64,000 nucleotides of DNA, taken from contig CM059432.1 of NCBI GenBank assembly GCA_030390025.1, positions 131,876,001 through 131,940,000 on the forward strand, given 5' to 3'. The position numbers and the translations under genes are program-made. The stretch comes from Squalus acanthias (Eukaryota). This document shows positions 48,627 to 60,696 of this stretch, piece after piece; within the stretch, counting starts at the first letter, position 1, and every line of letters starts with the position of its first letter. The notes under the pieces were generated by a model that made no database searches, was not told where the DNA came from, and worked only from the letters and a program-made list of their open reading frames with translations.

Positions 48627-51600
48627 TTAGGAGGCCGGGATGCTCCCTCCATTTCGTAGCCGCTGGACGAGGGAGAGCCGCACCCGTTTGGGTTCTCGTA
48701 GCGGTAGAGGGCCCCTAGCCCGTTTACCCGCCGCGGGCCGTGGACCAGAGTCCGAGTGATCCAGCCCGCTCTGTGAGGGGTCAGGACGATCCTGACTGTG
48801 TACTGGTGCCTGAACGGGTGTCGGGCAGGGCTGTGGCAGATCCGTTTCCGAGCGTACGGTACGGGATGGATCGTGGCTGCGCGTGCGAGCCCCGACGGGC
48901 TCATAGTCAGTCTGCCCCAGGTCGGCACGCTGGAGTGAGGTACCAGCCGGCGTCAGATCCAGATCGTGATGAAAGGCACCTGGCGAGCCCAGAGATGCAC
49001 CTGGTACAATATCATCCCCTGGTGTCCCTCTATGTTTCGGCAGGCAGGGAGCCAGATCCCGCAATGACACGGTAGATTCCTGACCGTCAGGATACCGAAT
49101 ATAGGCGTAGGTAGGGTTGACGTCAGTGAGCTCAACTTCATCTACCAGGGGGTCATTCTTAGACGCCCGGACATATCTTCGGAGTAGCACTGGTCCCGGT
49201 GTAGTCAGCCACGACGGGAGAGATATCCCATAGGATGAGCGACGCTGAAATCGGAAGAACCGTTCATGAGGCGTCGTATTTATGGCGGTCGAAAGGAGGG
49301 ACCGTGTGGAGTGTAATGCGTCTGGAAGTACTGCTTCCCATTGCTGGTTGGGTAGGCCCCGAGATCTCAAAGCCAGACGTACCGCATTCCAGATGATAGC
49401 GTTAAAATGCTCGACTTGCCCATTCCCGACCGGATGATAAGGCGTCGTTCTGCTGGCAGCAATACCCCGTTCCGAGAGATAGGCCTTGAGTTCTCCTGAC
49501 ATAAAAGAAGGGCCCCGATCCGAATGAACATAGGATGCCATGCCACAGAAAGCAAACACCTGCTCAAGGCAGCTGATAACCGTGGTCGTCAGCATATTGG
49601 GGCAGGGAAAGGAAAACGGGAATACTCATCGACCATGGTCAATAGATAAGTGTTGCGAGTTGAAGAGGGCAACGGCCCCTTAAAATCGATGCTAAGCCGT
49701 TGCATTGGCTGGGTCGCATGTATGAGTATACCACCTGAGGGGCGGAAAAACTGAGGTTTCAATTCCGCACAGACTCTGCAGTCCGAGCACATCTTCTTTA
49801 CATCCCCGGTAGAGAATGGGAGATTTCGGGACCGCACGAAGTGTAGCATGCGAGTAACGCCCGGATGACACAACCCATCATGGATGTCTACGAGCGTAGA
49901 GGGTGCCATGGCGGAGCAGAATGCTCGTGTGAGGGTATCCGGAGCCACATTCTCCTTGCCAGGTCGATAGTGGATGGTGTAACCAAAAGAGGCCAATTCC
50001 AGCCGCCAAAGCTGGATTTTATTATTTTTAATTTTGGTCCGTTTTCGATTATCGAGCATGAAGGCGACCGATCGCTGGTCCGTGATTAAGGTAAAGTGCT
50101 GGCGAGCTAGGAGATGACTCCACTTCCGTACTGCCTCTATGATGGCTGTAGCTTCTTTCTCGACTGGAGGATAATGTAGCTCAGCCCCTTGAAAAGTCCT
50201 GGACAAAAATGCCACCGGACGACCTTCCTGATTCAGAGTGGCCGAGATCGCCACCTCCGAGGCATCACACTCAACAACAAAAGGAAGACTCTCATCGATG
50301 GAGTGAAGAGCCGCTTTCTCCAACTGTTTTTTCAGGAGGTTAAAGGCTGCAACAGCCGCTGTGTCTAGTGGGAATGTGCTGGCCTTCAGTAGAGGTTGGA
50401 TTCGGTCCGAGAAGTTAGGAATCCATTTAGCATAGTATGCAAACAGGCCGAGGGCCCGGCGCAAGGAGGCCGGATTCTTAGGTGGCGGGAGTTCTTGGAG
50501 TGGGCGAAGCCTTTCAGGGTCAGGTTTAATGATGCCATTGCCCACACAATAGCCAAGGATGTTGATGGTTGGTTGTGACTCAATGGATTTAGCCGCATTT
50601 AATGTCAAATTACGGTGCTGGAGTGCATCCCAAAATCGTTGGAGATTGGCGTCATGTTCCCGCTGATTGCGACCTGCGACAGTAATATTGTCCAGATAAG
50701 GAAACGTATCCTTCAAGTCTTCCTGTTTGACCAGGTCATCCATTGCTCGCTGGAAGACAGCCACTCCATTAGTGACCCCAAAGGGGAGGCGACGAAATTG
50801 ATACAGCCGTCCATTGGCTTCAAAGGCCGTATACTGCTTGTCTGAGACCTTCAAGGGTACCTGATGATAGGCACTTTTCAGATCATATGTTGAGAACACC
50901 GTGTACTCAGCCAGTTTATTAACCATATCATCGATGCGCGGCAATGGGTATGCGTCCAAGTCCGTATATTGATTGATGGTCTGTGAATAGTCAATGCACA
51001 GCCGTTTCTTGTGAGGTTGTAGAGGGTTCTTAACAATAACGACCTGGGCGCGCCATGGTGACGAACAAGGCTCGATGATATCCTCTGCTAAAAGCCGAGA
51101 AATCTCAGCCGCAATAAAAGACTGGTCTTCCTGACTGAAACGTCGTGACTTTGTTATAATCGGTTTGCATCGAGGAGGGATACTGGTAAACAGTGAGGGT
51201 TCATCCAGTGAAGCTGCTGACAATGCACAGAATGGTAATCGAGGTCGTATATTAGAAATAGTGAGTTCAGGTTTGGATCCGCCGAACTCAATGGTGAGCT
51301 TCTTATGCTGCTTTTGAAAATCCAGCCCTAAGATAAGATCACTACATAAGTCCTTGAGCACCGAAAGCCGGGTGGAGGGATTCCTGTGACCATTAAGTGT
51401 TATTTCAACCATACAAAAGCCAGAAATTCTGGTATTAAGTGATGACTGAGCCATCGCAATTGCCTGGTCCGATGGGAAAACATGTAGCTTTAACTCTGCA
51501 ACAATCTGTTCCCTAATGAAACTATCAGTGCTACCTGAGTCAATTAAGGCATCTAAAGTATGTCCATTAATTGATGCTTTTGTAGCTGCATGGAATAGGT

Positions 51601-52576
51601 TCTGAGGACAAGCAGCTGTAATTGGTGTCGTTGCACAAAGAGTGGCTGAAACTCTAGGTGTGTTTCTTCGAGAGGAAACCCGAGAGGAAGCACGATAGAT
51701 GTTAGCCGGAACATCTTGATAGGCCCTTACCGGGGCAGTTCGGTAGGACTTAGCTTGATAAGCCCTCGTAGAGGCTCTTGATAGGCAAACCTTTGCAAAA
51801 TGACCCTTTTTGTTGCAATGACTGCAAAACGCATTGCGAGCAGGGCAGAATTTCCGAGGGTGAAACTCATCACCACAAAAGAAGCATTTCTTAGATTGCC
51901 AAGAGGCTGCCACAGTGGGGTCATCATCCTCTTCATCAGTGAAGTCATCAGATTGATCGTCAGGGATAAAGACCTCCCTAATAGAGTTCACCTGTGGCCT
52001 CTTAAATTGCCTGACTGTAGTTAAGGCAGTAGACCGAGGTCTGGGCACTGTATAAAGGTCTGTATGTCTTTTTGCCAGATCTAGAGAGCAAGCCATGTCA
52101 TAAGCTCTCTGAAGCTCAAGTGTCTTACTTTCCAGTAGACGCTGGCGTATAAATGGGGAGGCAAGCCCGCAGATGAAAGCATCACGGATCATTTCTTCAC
52201 GGTACAGCTCAGCTGAGGCCGCCTGAAAGTTACAGTCCATACTAAGTCTGCAAAGCTCTTGGAGGAATTTATCAATGGATTCCTCCGGCCCTTGTTGGGC
52301 TGTAGCTAGTAGATGTCTGGCATAGACCTCATTCGGTGTCTTAGTATATAGTCTCTTAAGCGTCCGAATTGCCTCCTCGTAACTGCCCCATTCCTCCACA
52401 TACTAAAATACATTCGGGGTGACACAGTTGATGAGTATCCGCAACTTTGAGTCATCATCAGCCTTGCAATATTCAAGGAAATTGTCAAACGTGCGATACC
52501 AGTGTTTCCACACCTTACCGGCTGCTGGGGTGTTTGGGTCCAAGTCAAGACGCGATGGTTTAAGGATGTTTTCCAT
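48627..52576 (-). pseudogene. Gypsy gag-pol polyprotein (single ORF, two visible lesions)
   Basis: ATG at 52576 (MENILKPSRLDLDP..) is in frame with ORF 49589-52399 apart from a TAG at 52405-52403. Two zinc knuckles, protease LIDSGS, RT YLDN, RNase H CDAS..EKE..TDQ, integrase HHCC and IDFKG..SDRG..GQVE. Frameshift at ~49600 into ORF 48627-49595. Confidence 0.92.
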
Positions 52577-52654
52577 GATGGGTGATTCCCTGGATCCTTA
52601 GTTCCGAGTTCGTCCAAAAAGTTTGAGTGCGAAGTTTTCCAAAGTTGATTAAAT

Positions 52655-52848
52655 TGTCGTAAGAATGAGCCTTACGCGTGGTGAACTTAAAGTAAGCTTT
52701 AATCAACTAAAAAGGTGCTACATACAAAAGAGGTCTTACTCTATGCCTCTCCAGGACCCAACTGATCAGTCCAGTATTTATCCTGGACTAATCACAGGAA
52801 GTGATGCAATAAAGTTCAAGTCACAGGAAGCTGTATTGTGTTACCACA
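52655..52848 (-). repeat. 5' LTR
   Basis: Direct repeat of 48415-48608. Confidence 0.95.
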
Positions 52849-53262
52849 GTCTGCATCCCTTGGACCTAAGGGAGCGAAGATGAGGGCTGAACTGGGGGAA
52901 CAGCCAGGGAGTTAGTAATGGTTTTAATCGGGACTAGGGCATCAAAGGTGGTGGTGAGGGAATGATTGAGCAGATCGGTAGCTGCAGAAATGTGTCTGAA
53001 TCTCTGAAGTACATAATTATGTCTTTGTGGTCAGATACCACCTGAAGATTAATTCAGTGCAAAACCTTTCCTTTCATGTAGGTCATGGGCTAATATGAAG
53101 GGCAAGAGGCTGATATAACAAGTGCTGATGGCTACATAGGTGTCATCTTTTACACCTTGCACTTGAGGGAACCCTGCCACCCAGTGAAATATCTGGATCC
53201 TGCCCAGTTAATCCTTCCTTTCCATAGGGAAAGGAATGAAGCTGTTGCCCCTTGTAAATATA

Positions 53263-54091
53263 GGGCTGGATTTTCTCAATGGGAAGCTTTTGGAGGCGGG
53301 ACTGCTGCTTGCTGGCTATCAATCCCACCTCCATCAGCTTCTGGCCAACCAGCGGGATTTTCCCCTGATTGACCTTGTTAAGCCCGCCCTGCGGGCTCAG
53401 CAGGCCAATTAGGGGGAAGTCAGTGACAGAGCACATCAACATATGACGTGTCATCTGTCAAGAACTTTTGAAAGAAGGAATGTCATCGTTTGACAGCTCT
53501 GTGAAGCTGTCAAACACTGACATTCTGTGTAGTTTGATGAGCCCTTATGTTCAGGACTCATCAAACCTTTCAACTTTGCAGAAATCACCTGGCTGTTGGT
53601 TCGGAAGATTCAACAGCCAATCTGTGATATCTACAATGGAGATGTCGGGACTCCGGCTCCACAGCGGATGAAGGCTGTAGGCAGAAACAAAGGTAAGTGA
53701 ACATTTTCTAACACTGTACACTCACCTTACATACTTACCACTCCACACTTGCACCCATCACTCACCTCTACATCGCACTTTCAGACCCCTCCGACCCCCG
53801 CAGACCTCCTACTCATCTCCTACACCCTGGTGGGAAGCCTACACTTCGGAAGGAAAAACAGGGATATTCCTATTTTCTGCCTGTTAACTACCTGTTAACA
53901 GGCAGTTAATAGACTTTAATCCCTTTCCCGCCTCGAGGAGACCGGACCCGGGGCAGGACGGCATCCCGCCTCCTGGCAAGAGGGCACGGAGGCAGGTTGG
54001 GGGCGGGTTTGCCACCCGCCCCCAAATTCTGCAACTTTACCGGCAATCCCACCTCCATACCCGCCTCCTCGGGGCTGACAAAATCCAGTCC
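53263..54091. mobile_element. Harbinger-like MITE
   Basis: Ends gggctggatttt / aaaatccagtcc with ATA/ATA flanks. The right end resembles the left end of the 12126 element. Confidence 0.7.
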
Positions 54092-54240
54092 ATAGTGTTT
54101 GTCATTTGTTTGATGCATTGCAATCTGCTTGATGTGACAGATGTCCTCTTATGGCAGTTTGGAAGAACCTGGTACCATAAAATCGTTTTGCTGTGGTAAC
54201 CTTCACTTGTACAAGAAGTGCTGTCCCTGTTCCAGACATT

Positions 54241-55005
54241 GGGCTGGATTTTGTCTTGGGGTCGGCTTGGGGTCGTGTCATCCGCATTTCGTGGTTCCCC
54301 CCCCCCGACTCCAGATTAATGTGGATGAATGATGCAATTTTCACTAAATTGGGCAATTGAGTTCCAGCATGTGGGAACCCATGAACCAATTAGTGGTTTC
54401 AGTCTGAAAGTCGCCTCTGATGATGTCATCATTGCTGACTGCCTAGTCTCAGAGACTGTTGGTGAGAGAGGACCTGCCTGGCTTGCTTTTGATGTGAGTG
54501 GACCTGGATGCAAAAATGGGGGGGTGGGAGAGAGAGAGAGAGAATTTTTTTTGCATGCAAGTCCTCTCACAGCAAAGGCCAGGCAGTCTCTGAACACATT
54601 CAATGCAGCAGCATCAGAGGCGACTTTCAGACCTAATACTACTACTACCTTCATCACATCTCCGTTGTAATAGTGGACCTGCAGCTCATAGTCAGCTATC
54701 CACTTGTGCTCCCGCCAGGTTTCACTGGAGTGTTTCACACCAGGCGTACTTCACGTCAGAAAAGAGTTAAACTAGCTAAAACGTTTCAAAATGGCATTAC
54801 AGAGCCAATTTAGGGCTTGTTAAGGGTTTTCATGGCCTCTCCCGCCTCTTGGAGGCGGGACGGAGTCGGGAACCCCGCGACTGATTTTGTCAAAATTGCG
54901 TGGAGGCGGGATGGAGTCGGGATGGGGTCGGGACCCCCGACCCCGCAAATTTAACCCCCCACACGCCTCCAAACCCGACTCCATGGGTCATTCAAAATCC
55001 AGCCC
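54241..55005. mobile_element. Harbinger-like MITE
   Basis: Perfect TIR GGGCTGGATTTT / AAAATCCAGCCC with ATT/ATT flanks. Confidence 0.75.
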
Positions 55006-55507
55006 ATTGTCTGCAGGCCATCCTACAGCAGATGATGCAACTCTGTGAAAGCCCTGTCTTGTGAAGTGAAGGTGATGCAGACAGGTGTCCACTGACATGT
55101 CCTGGTGCATGTGGAGGGATCTATGAAGATGGGTCTCAGGATAGGTATAAACAAATCACCTCTGGTGTCATTATCCTCACCACTTTGTATGGTGCAATTT
55201 AAATGGCAGCAGCAATCAAGACTAATGAAGAAACCTAATAAGCTTGTGTGTGAGGTTATTCTGTTGCCCTTTGAAGACCAGGAGTATCCTGTGGAGGCAG
55301 TAGCTGAAGTAATCTATAAACATTTTCTCTCTTCATTATACTGGGAACGTTATGAAACATACTTGGATATGAGGACAAGTGAAGACTCTCTCGCGAAGCC
55401 TTAGGGCACTAGGGCTCGCCTATGAGAGTAGTCTGGACAACAGAAAGCCAAAAATATCTAGAGTCCAAAGGCCAAAAAAAAATCATAAATGTAAGATTGA
55501 CCTTATT

Positions 55508-56757
55508 GAGCTGATTTTAATTCGCTCTGTGTGAACGGGGCAGGAGCGCCCCTGGAATCGCAGTGCTCCACTTAGCACAGGGTTCCCTCATGTACAAGGT
55601 GATGACGGTGACCCCCACGTAGGCACCAGTCCTCCTCTTATCAACCCCATGCCCTTCATATTCGCCCAGGGCCACTCAGTTAATGTTCAGGTATGATCTG
55701 GCCACAGAAACATAATCATGCACTTCAGAGGCAGTTCTCCAGGAAGCAGCCATGATGCCTGTGACAGTCAAAATGACGAGGGCCCTGAATACTTTACGCC
55801 TCTATCCAGGCTGCAGCAGGTGCCATCAGTCACATTAGTCAGTCTGCAGTTCATGCCTGCATCAGCTGGTCTCTGATTTCCTGTTTGCCAAGGCCCAACG
55901 ATTTTATCCCCATGGATGCCAGCAGTCAGCAGGAATGAGTTATAAGCTTTGCTGTCATAGCAGGCTCCTCACCCCCCGTCCCCCACCAACCACGCCCCCC
56001 CCCGCCCGAGGTTCAGGGTGTTGTTGACAGCACCCATGTAGCCATTAGGGCACCTCCCAATGAGCCAGCAGTCTTCATGAACAGGAAAAGCTGAGTAAAG
56101 GCAGAATGCTTTTAATGCCTGTTGTGAGGGCAGCAGCAACAGGCGCGTGTTGTAATTGGAATGAAAAAGAGTTGCGACAGTGTCTCCTTGTAATTGGAGT
56201 GAGGGAGGGAAATATTTGAAGTGCTGGGGTCGGGGGAGGAAGTGCTGTGGCCAGATAAAATGAATAGAAATAGGAAGGCATCATTCTTACCCTTAAGTTG
56301 AAACGCTTGCGGCACTGAATGCATGTCTTGTGCGTGATGATGTGGGTATTGACATTATCTGTCACCTTTCTTCAGCATCTGCTTGGGCACCTTTCTGCCA
56401 TCCGAAGGGGGGATAGGACCTGCCTCTGCCCTCACCTTCTCCACAGGCACCTGCACCGCTGTGTCTGAGAATCCAGGTGCTCTTGCCAGTTCTCCGGAAA
56501 CCTTGGAGCAGCAGCACGGATTTGCGCATAGTTTCAGTTACACCACGCTTTGAGGTGCATTTACTCTTTAAATGGGCACTGGGCTCGTTGGAAATCCCAC
56601 CTTCCAATTGGGCGGGCTGCCCGCCATTGCTGGAAATAGGTGGGCAGCCCGCCAATGAAATGTAAATGAGGCCCGACCATTAAAATGGCACAAGTCTCGG
56701 ATTCATGACATCTGTCCACCGCCCAACCGGAAACCGCCCGCAGTTAAAAGTCAACCC
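55508..56757 (+). mobile_element. Harbinger element with HARBI1-like transposase remnant
   Basis: Ends gagctgattttaa / ttaaaagtcaaccc. ~55750-56093 encodes, across frameshifts, PVTVKMT.ALN..QAAAGAISHISQSAVHACI..IAG..VQGVVDSTHVAIRAP..FMNRK. Confidence 0.75.
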
Positions 56758-58402
56758 TTGAGTGTTTTGCCCAAGTATATCTAACTTCTTTTTTGGCAAT
56801 TATAGAAATTTATCAAGCGGCTATGATGATGCTGCACAGCTCTTGCTGTTTACTGGCACTGGACCAGTATCACCGGTACCTGCGGCAGTATTTACAATGG
56901 AATGTTGACACTGGAAACAACCCAGCAGGTAACAATGGTATTTCTTGTCCTAGAATATCCAGATTATATCCAGGGACCACTATTTGGCATATAAACAGAG
57001 GTTATGACTGAACTTCTTTTTGGCTTCAAAGAAGTTCTGAGTTTAAACCACAGCTGGGCTGCAACTTTTGAACTTAAAATGGACATCTGCAAGTAATCGG
57101 AAAGATGTTCATGAGAAGATTCTCAAATTAATATATTTAAAAGAAAATGTAAGCCAAATTACTGCAGTAGGTAAGTTCTGTACATTTTGCTTACTGGCGA
57201 CTGTACAACAGATCATTGAATTGTCAACAGCAACATACGTTGGCAAAGTACAATACTGGCATCAGTTGACCAAGTTGCTCAGACTATGTATAAGGCATTT
57301 AATAATTCAATTATGTAATTTAAACATTCTCTCATTTGTCAAGATACTGATATATATTAGGATCAAGCACTAGACTGAATCTGTGCACGTCATAACCCTT
57401 CCTAAATTGGATTGGCTTGGGCGAATTCAAAGACTTCTGATGAGATACTGCAGGTTCAGAAGTACCTGACTGGGAATTTCCTCAGAGCTTCTCCCTCTGA
57501 AACAGGAGGCGGATGGAGGGGGTAATTTTAATATAACTCACTGGGCAGGAAACCCATGGGATCGGGTGGAAGACCAGTTTTACACAGCGCCCAGTGTTGA
57601 CTTCAAGGAAGAGTAAAATCAGGCGGGGGTGTAAAAACCAGCGTTGCGTCTGATCCCGTCAGTTTCCCGACGGGCGGGGTTAGGTTAAATTTGCCCCCCC
57701 CCGGGGTTTACGCCGCACTTCCGGTGACGGTGGAGCGGGAGGAGCCACGACAAAATTCCTGGCTCCTTGTCTCTTTCCTGGGGGAAAAAAAAACTTTCTG
57801 CACAATTGTGCTGCAAGTTTTCAGATCGCACTGTGCGCGCTTGTGCTGGCATAGCAAGTGATGGAAGAGCAGCTATAACAATATTTCTTTTGTAAATTTA
57901 TTTAAATGAGCTTGCCGGCATGAGAAATTACAGTTCTTAAGTATCTGACTGAAAAAGTACATCCATGTATTGCATTCTTTTTAAAAAAAACTTATTTAGT
58001 AGAACAATTGTGATTGCTACTGCTTCTACCAAAGTGATGGCTCCATTTAGAAGATTAGCCATTGCAAGGTAAAATATGCAATTTACTTCTAAAGAAATGT
58101 TGCACTTTTAAATGCAGGGTACTTTTTTTTTCCAAGTAAGTCTTTGAGGATAATATTATAAGGCTTTACTCTGAACCTTTTTTTAAAATTTTGGTGATTG
58201 TATTATTGTGAGGCGTTTTTAATGTGATTTGTCCAGGTTGGCTTTTTGTCAGAATACCTACACTACTAAATTGGTGTCGCCCTATGACATGAATGATTGG
58301 AGTTTAGGTAGTGCAGTGATGTGACTCAGTAAGAATAGCTCCCTTTAGTGTATTTGTACTGCATACTTCCCAATACAATGTCATATTACATGTAATTCCA
58401 AT

Positions 58403-58542
58403 GGGCTGGATTTTGCTGTCGAAATAACGGTGAGGCCATCAGCTCTCACCGTTATTAAAGTGTAAATTGGACAGCAACTTCCAGCGTTGCAAAATCCCAT
58501 AGTAAGTGCAAGTGTAATGCCGCTGAGAGCAAATTTCGGCCC
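58403..58542. mobile_element. 140-bp Harbinger-like MITE
   Basis: Ends gggctggattttgc / gcaaatttcggccc with AAT/AAT flanks. Confidence 0.65.
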
Positions 58543-58923
58543 AATGTGTTTAAAGAAGCCTGTTTAATTTATAGGCGGAAGAATTAGGGTTGGAAGTCCA
58601 GGGGGTCACATTTCCAGCGGTTATACTGGGATTGTGCTCACCAGTGGTGACCCCATTGAAAATTACAGGGATCGTTGTTGGGGGAGGAGGCACTTCATTA
58701 CCAAGAAGTACCGCTTTGGTGCCATTTCTGGCACTTACCTGCACATGTTAGCTGGAAACTCCAGCATCCACTCGCCCGTGTGGGGGGGGGCAAGGGTTTG
58801 CCCGGACTCCGCCACCTCCCCCGGCCCGCCCGCCCCCCCAACCCACAACCCGGGCCTCAGGCCCCTTAGCCCCCTTGATCTGCAAAGCAATGAGACAGGC
58901 TGGATGGACCAGTAGGTTCGTCA

Positions 58924-58980
58924 TATAAGAAAGAACATAAGAAATAGGAGCAGGAGTAGGCCATTCGGCCCCTTGAGCCT
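58924..58980 (-). mobile_element. CR1 extreme 3' end
   Basis: aacataagaaataggagcaggagtaggccattcggccccttgagcct, same as the other CR1 3' termini. Confidence 0.75.
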
Positions 58981-60496
58981 ACATATCTTGTATGTTTGGA
59001 TGTAACATAGTCAAAATAGAGATGAGACTACAGTGTGTATTAGCAAACTTCCATTTGGGGTTTGGTATTTAAAAGTTAATACATTTTAGACAGTCCAGGA
59101 CACATTGCGTTGGTTATCTAATGAGGTGCTTCATGGGATAAGTGGACGTAGCTTCTCCATTTAATTGCCCACAAAGAAAACAAGGAAAATTGGGCACTGA
59201 ATCAATTTATTTTAGAGACCATTTTAAGAGGGGCTGTCAAATAATTCAGCTTTTAGTCTGCAATTGTGTGTGAAATGCTGTGATCTGAAGAGAGGGGGTA
59301 AAATTCACAAAATGGGTGCAGTGTGATTAATAAAATTTGACAGGCTGTGAATATAATTCAGATGTTGGTCTCTTCTGCGGTTATTTTACATAACTTGATT
59401 TTGAACATTGCTGCACGGCAGAGTGGAGGTGGACCAGATTTGGTGAATATAGCAAGAGGTGCCAGTTGTTCGGGTACCCAAGACTTTGTTGGATTGGCAG
59501 TATAGCGAGGCAGACGTCAAGTAGGATCAGCTTCTAATGGGTGACTATAGTATGACCATTGTTGAAGTTCACTGGTAGTGGAGACTAAACAAAGTGTCAA
59601 GAACTTACTAGAGGGAGAGTATTGGAAAAAGTAAACCAAATTATAACTGTAAGAGTACAGTATAGGTGTGGTACAAACCTAGATGTTATGCATGTCAAAC
59701 AAATTGTCATTTCCATATTGAAGTAAAAGTGAAGATATGAACAAATGTTAATTTATTTGGTTAGAGAAAGCAAGGAAACCAAAACTTCTCATACTTCAAA
59801 AGTGCATAAGAGCAGAATCGGTAAAACTGAAAAGAAACACAGTGGGAAAAAATGCAACGCTGGTAGCACAACTCTGTTAGAGCTACTGGTAAAACTGAAC
59901 ATGTTGATAATACGGAGAGAAAAGGCATATGAAGTTGACTTGCTTGGAACAATAACAACACATAGAGTGTTCATTAGCCCGTAGTATAGTCTGATTTGTC
60001 TGGACAGAATTCAAGGGCCTGAAGACAAGTCTGTATTTTTGTAATGCTATTTTTGGAACACTGATGACATAGATGGAGAAAATCACTTTAGAGATGAACA
60101 AGAGTGCAACTGCGAGATTCCAAAAATATTAATTTTTTTGGTCTCTAATTCTCTGATTTGGATCAACATCAAAACTGTATTCAAACTCCAAGCTGTCCGT
60201 AAATGTTCACATGTTACTTGGCAGTTGCATCGTACACTACCATGTTTTTTTTGATGATGTATTAAAGCAGAAGAAAATAAGTAAAATAGTTTAGTCCAGC
60301 AAGATCCGGAAGATTTCTTTCCAACTTTAAAGCCTGGCTGCAAAAAGTTTCCCACTGATACAGGTGAAACTAGGAATTTGTCATTATTTGCCATTTCGAA
60401 TATCTCAGTACCTGTACAAGCCATCTCTATGAAGTGGTAAAACATCTTCTAAGTGACCACAAAAGAGACTTTATTGAAATTGTTCTCCTTTTACAG

Positions 60497-60541
60497 GGTT
60501 TTCGAGGTCTTCATGGGCCCCCAGGATCACAAGGACACAAG
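60497..60541 (+). CDS. Collagen triple-helix exon (45 nt, GFRGLHGPPGSQGHK), probably the same gene as 9066-9119
   Basis: Acceptor tgttctccttttacag ends at 60496. Five Gly-X-Y triplets, phase 0, donor gtagat at 60542. Same strand and phase as the 9066 exon. Confidence 0.9.
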
Positions 60542-60696
60542 GTAGATACATTTTCCTGATCTTTTCCGATACATGTATGACTTTCATTGTCCATGTGACA
60601 TTTACACTTGCTCTCCTATCCTTACTTTATTGAACATTCCTCAAACTGGCCCACTCACATCCATTTGTGCTGGGTTATTTTATGGATAATACCTAG

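Larger units (their letters stand above)
48415..52848 (-). mobile_element. Full-length Ty3/Gypsy LTR retrotransposon (Mag-like)
   Basis: 194-bp TG..CA LTRs, 5-bp TSD GTCTG (48410-48414 / 52849-52853), PPT next to the 3' LTR (+ strand ttctccccccccaaa from 48609). Domain order gag-PR-RT-RH-IN. Confidence 0.96.
46024..52992 (-). mobile_element. L2 LINE (pieces 46024-47480, 47816-48414, 52849-~52992) hosting a SINE and a Gypsy element
   Basis: RT motifs LDLSAAFDTVDH, GVPQGS, HMYADDTQLY, SRLDYSN (ORFs 46458-47509, 47794-48000). (CAA)n 3' tail at 46024. The 3' end is the reverse complement of the 8509-9012 type. Confidence 0.88.

Noticed and set aside
48389..48718. Duplicate ORFs 48389-48718 and 52665-52883
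   Set aside because: They are just the two LTRs read on the + strand.
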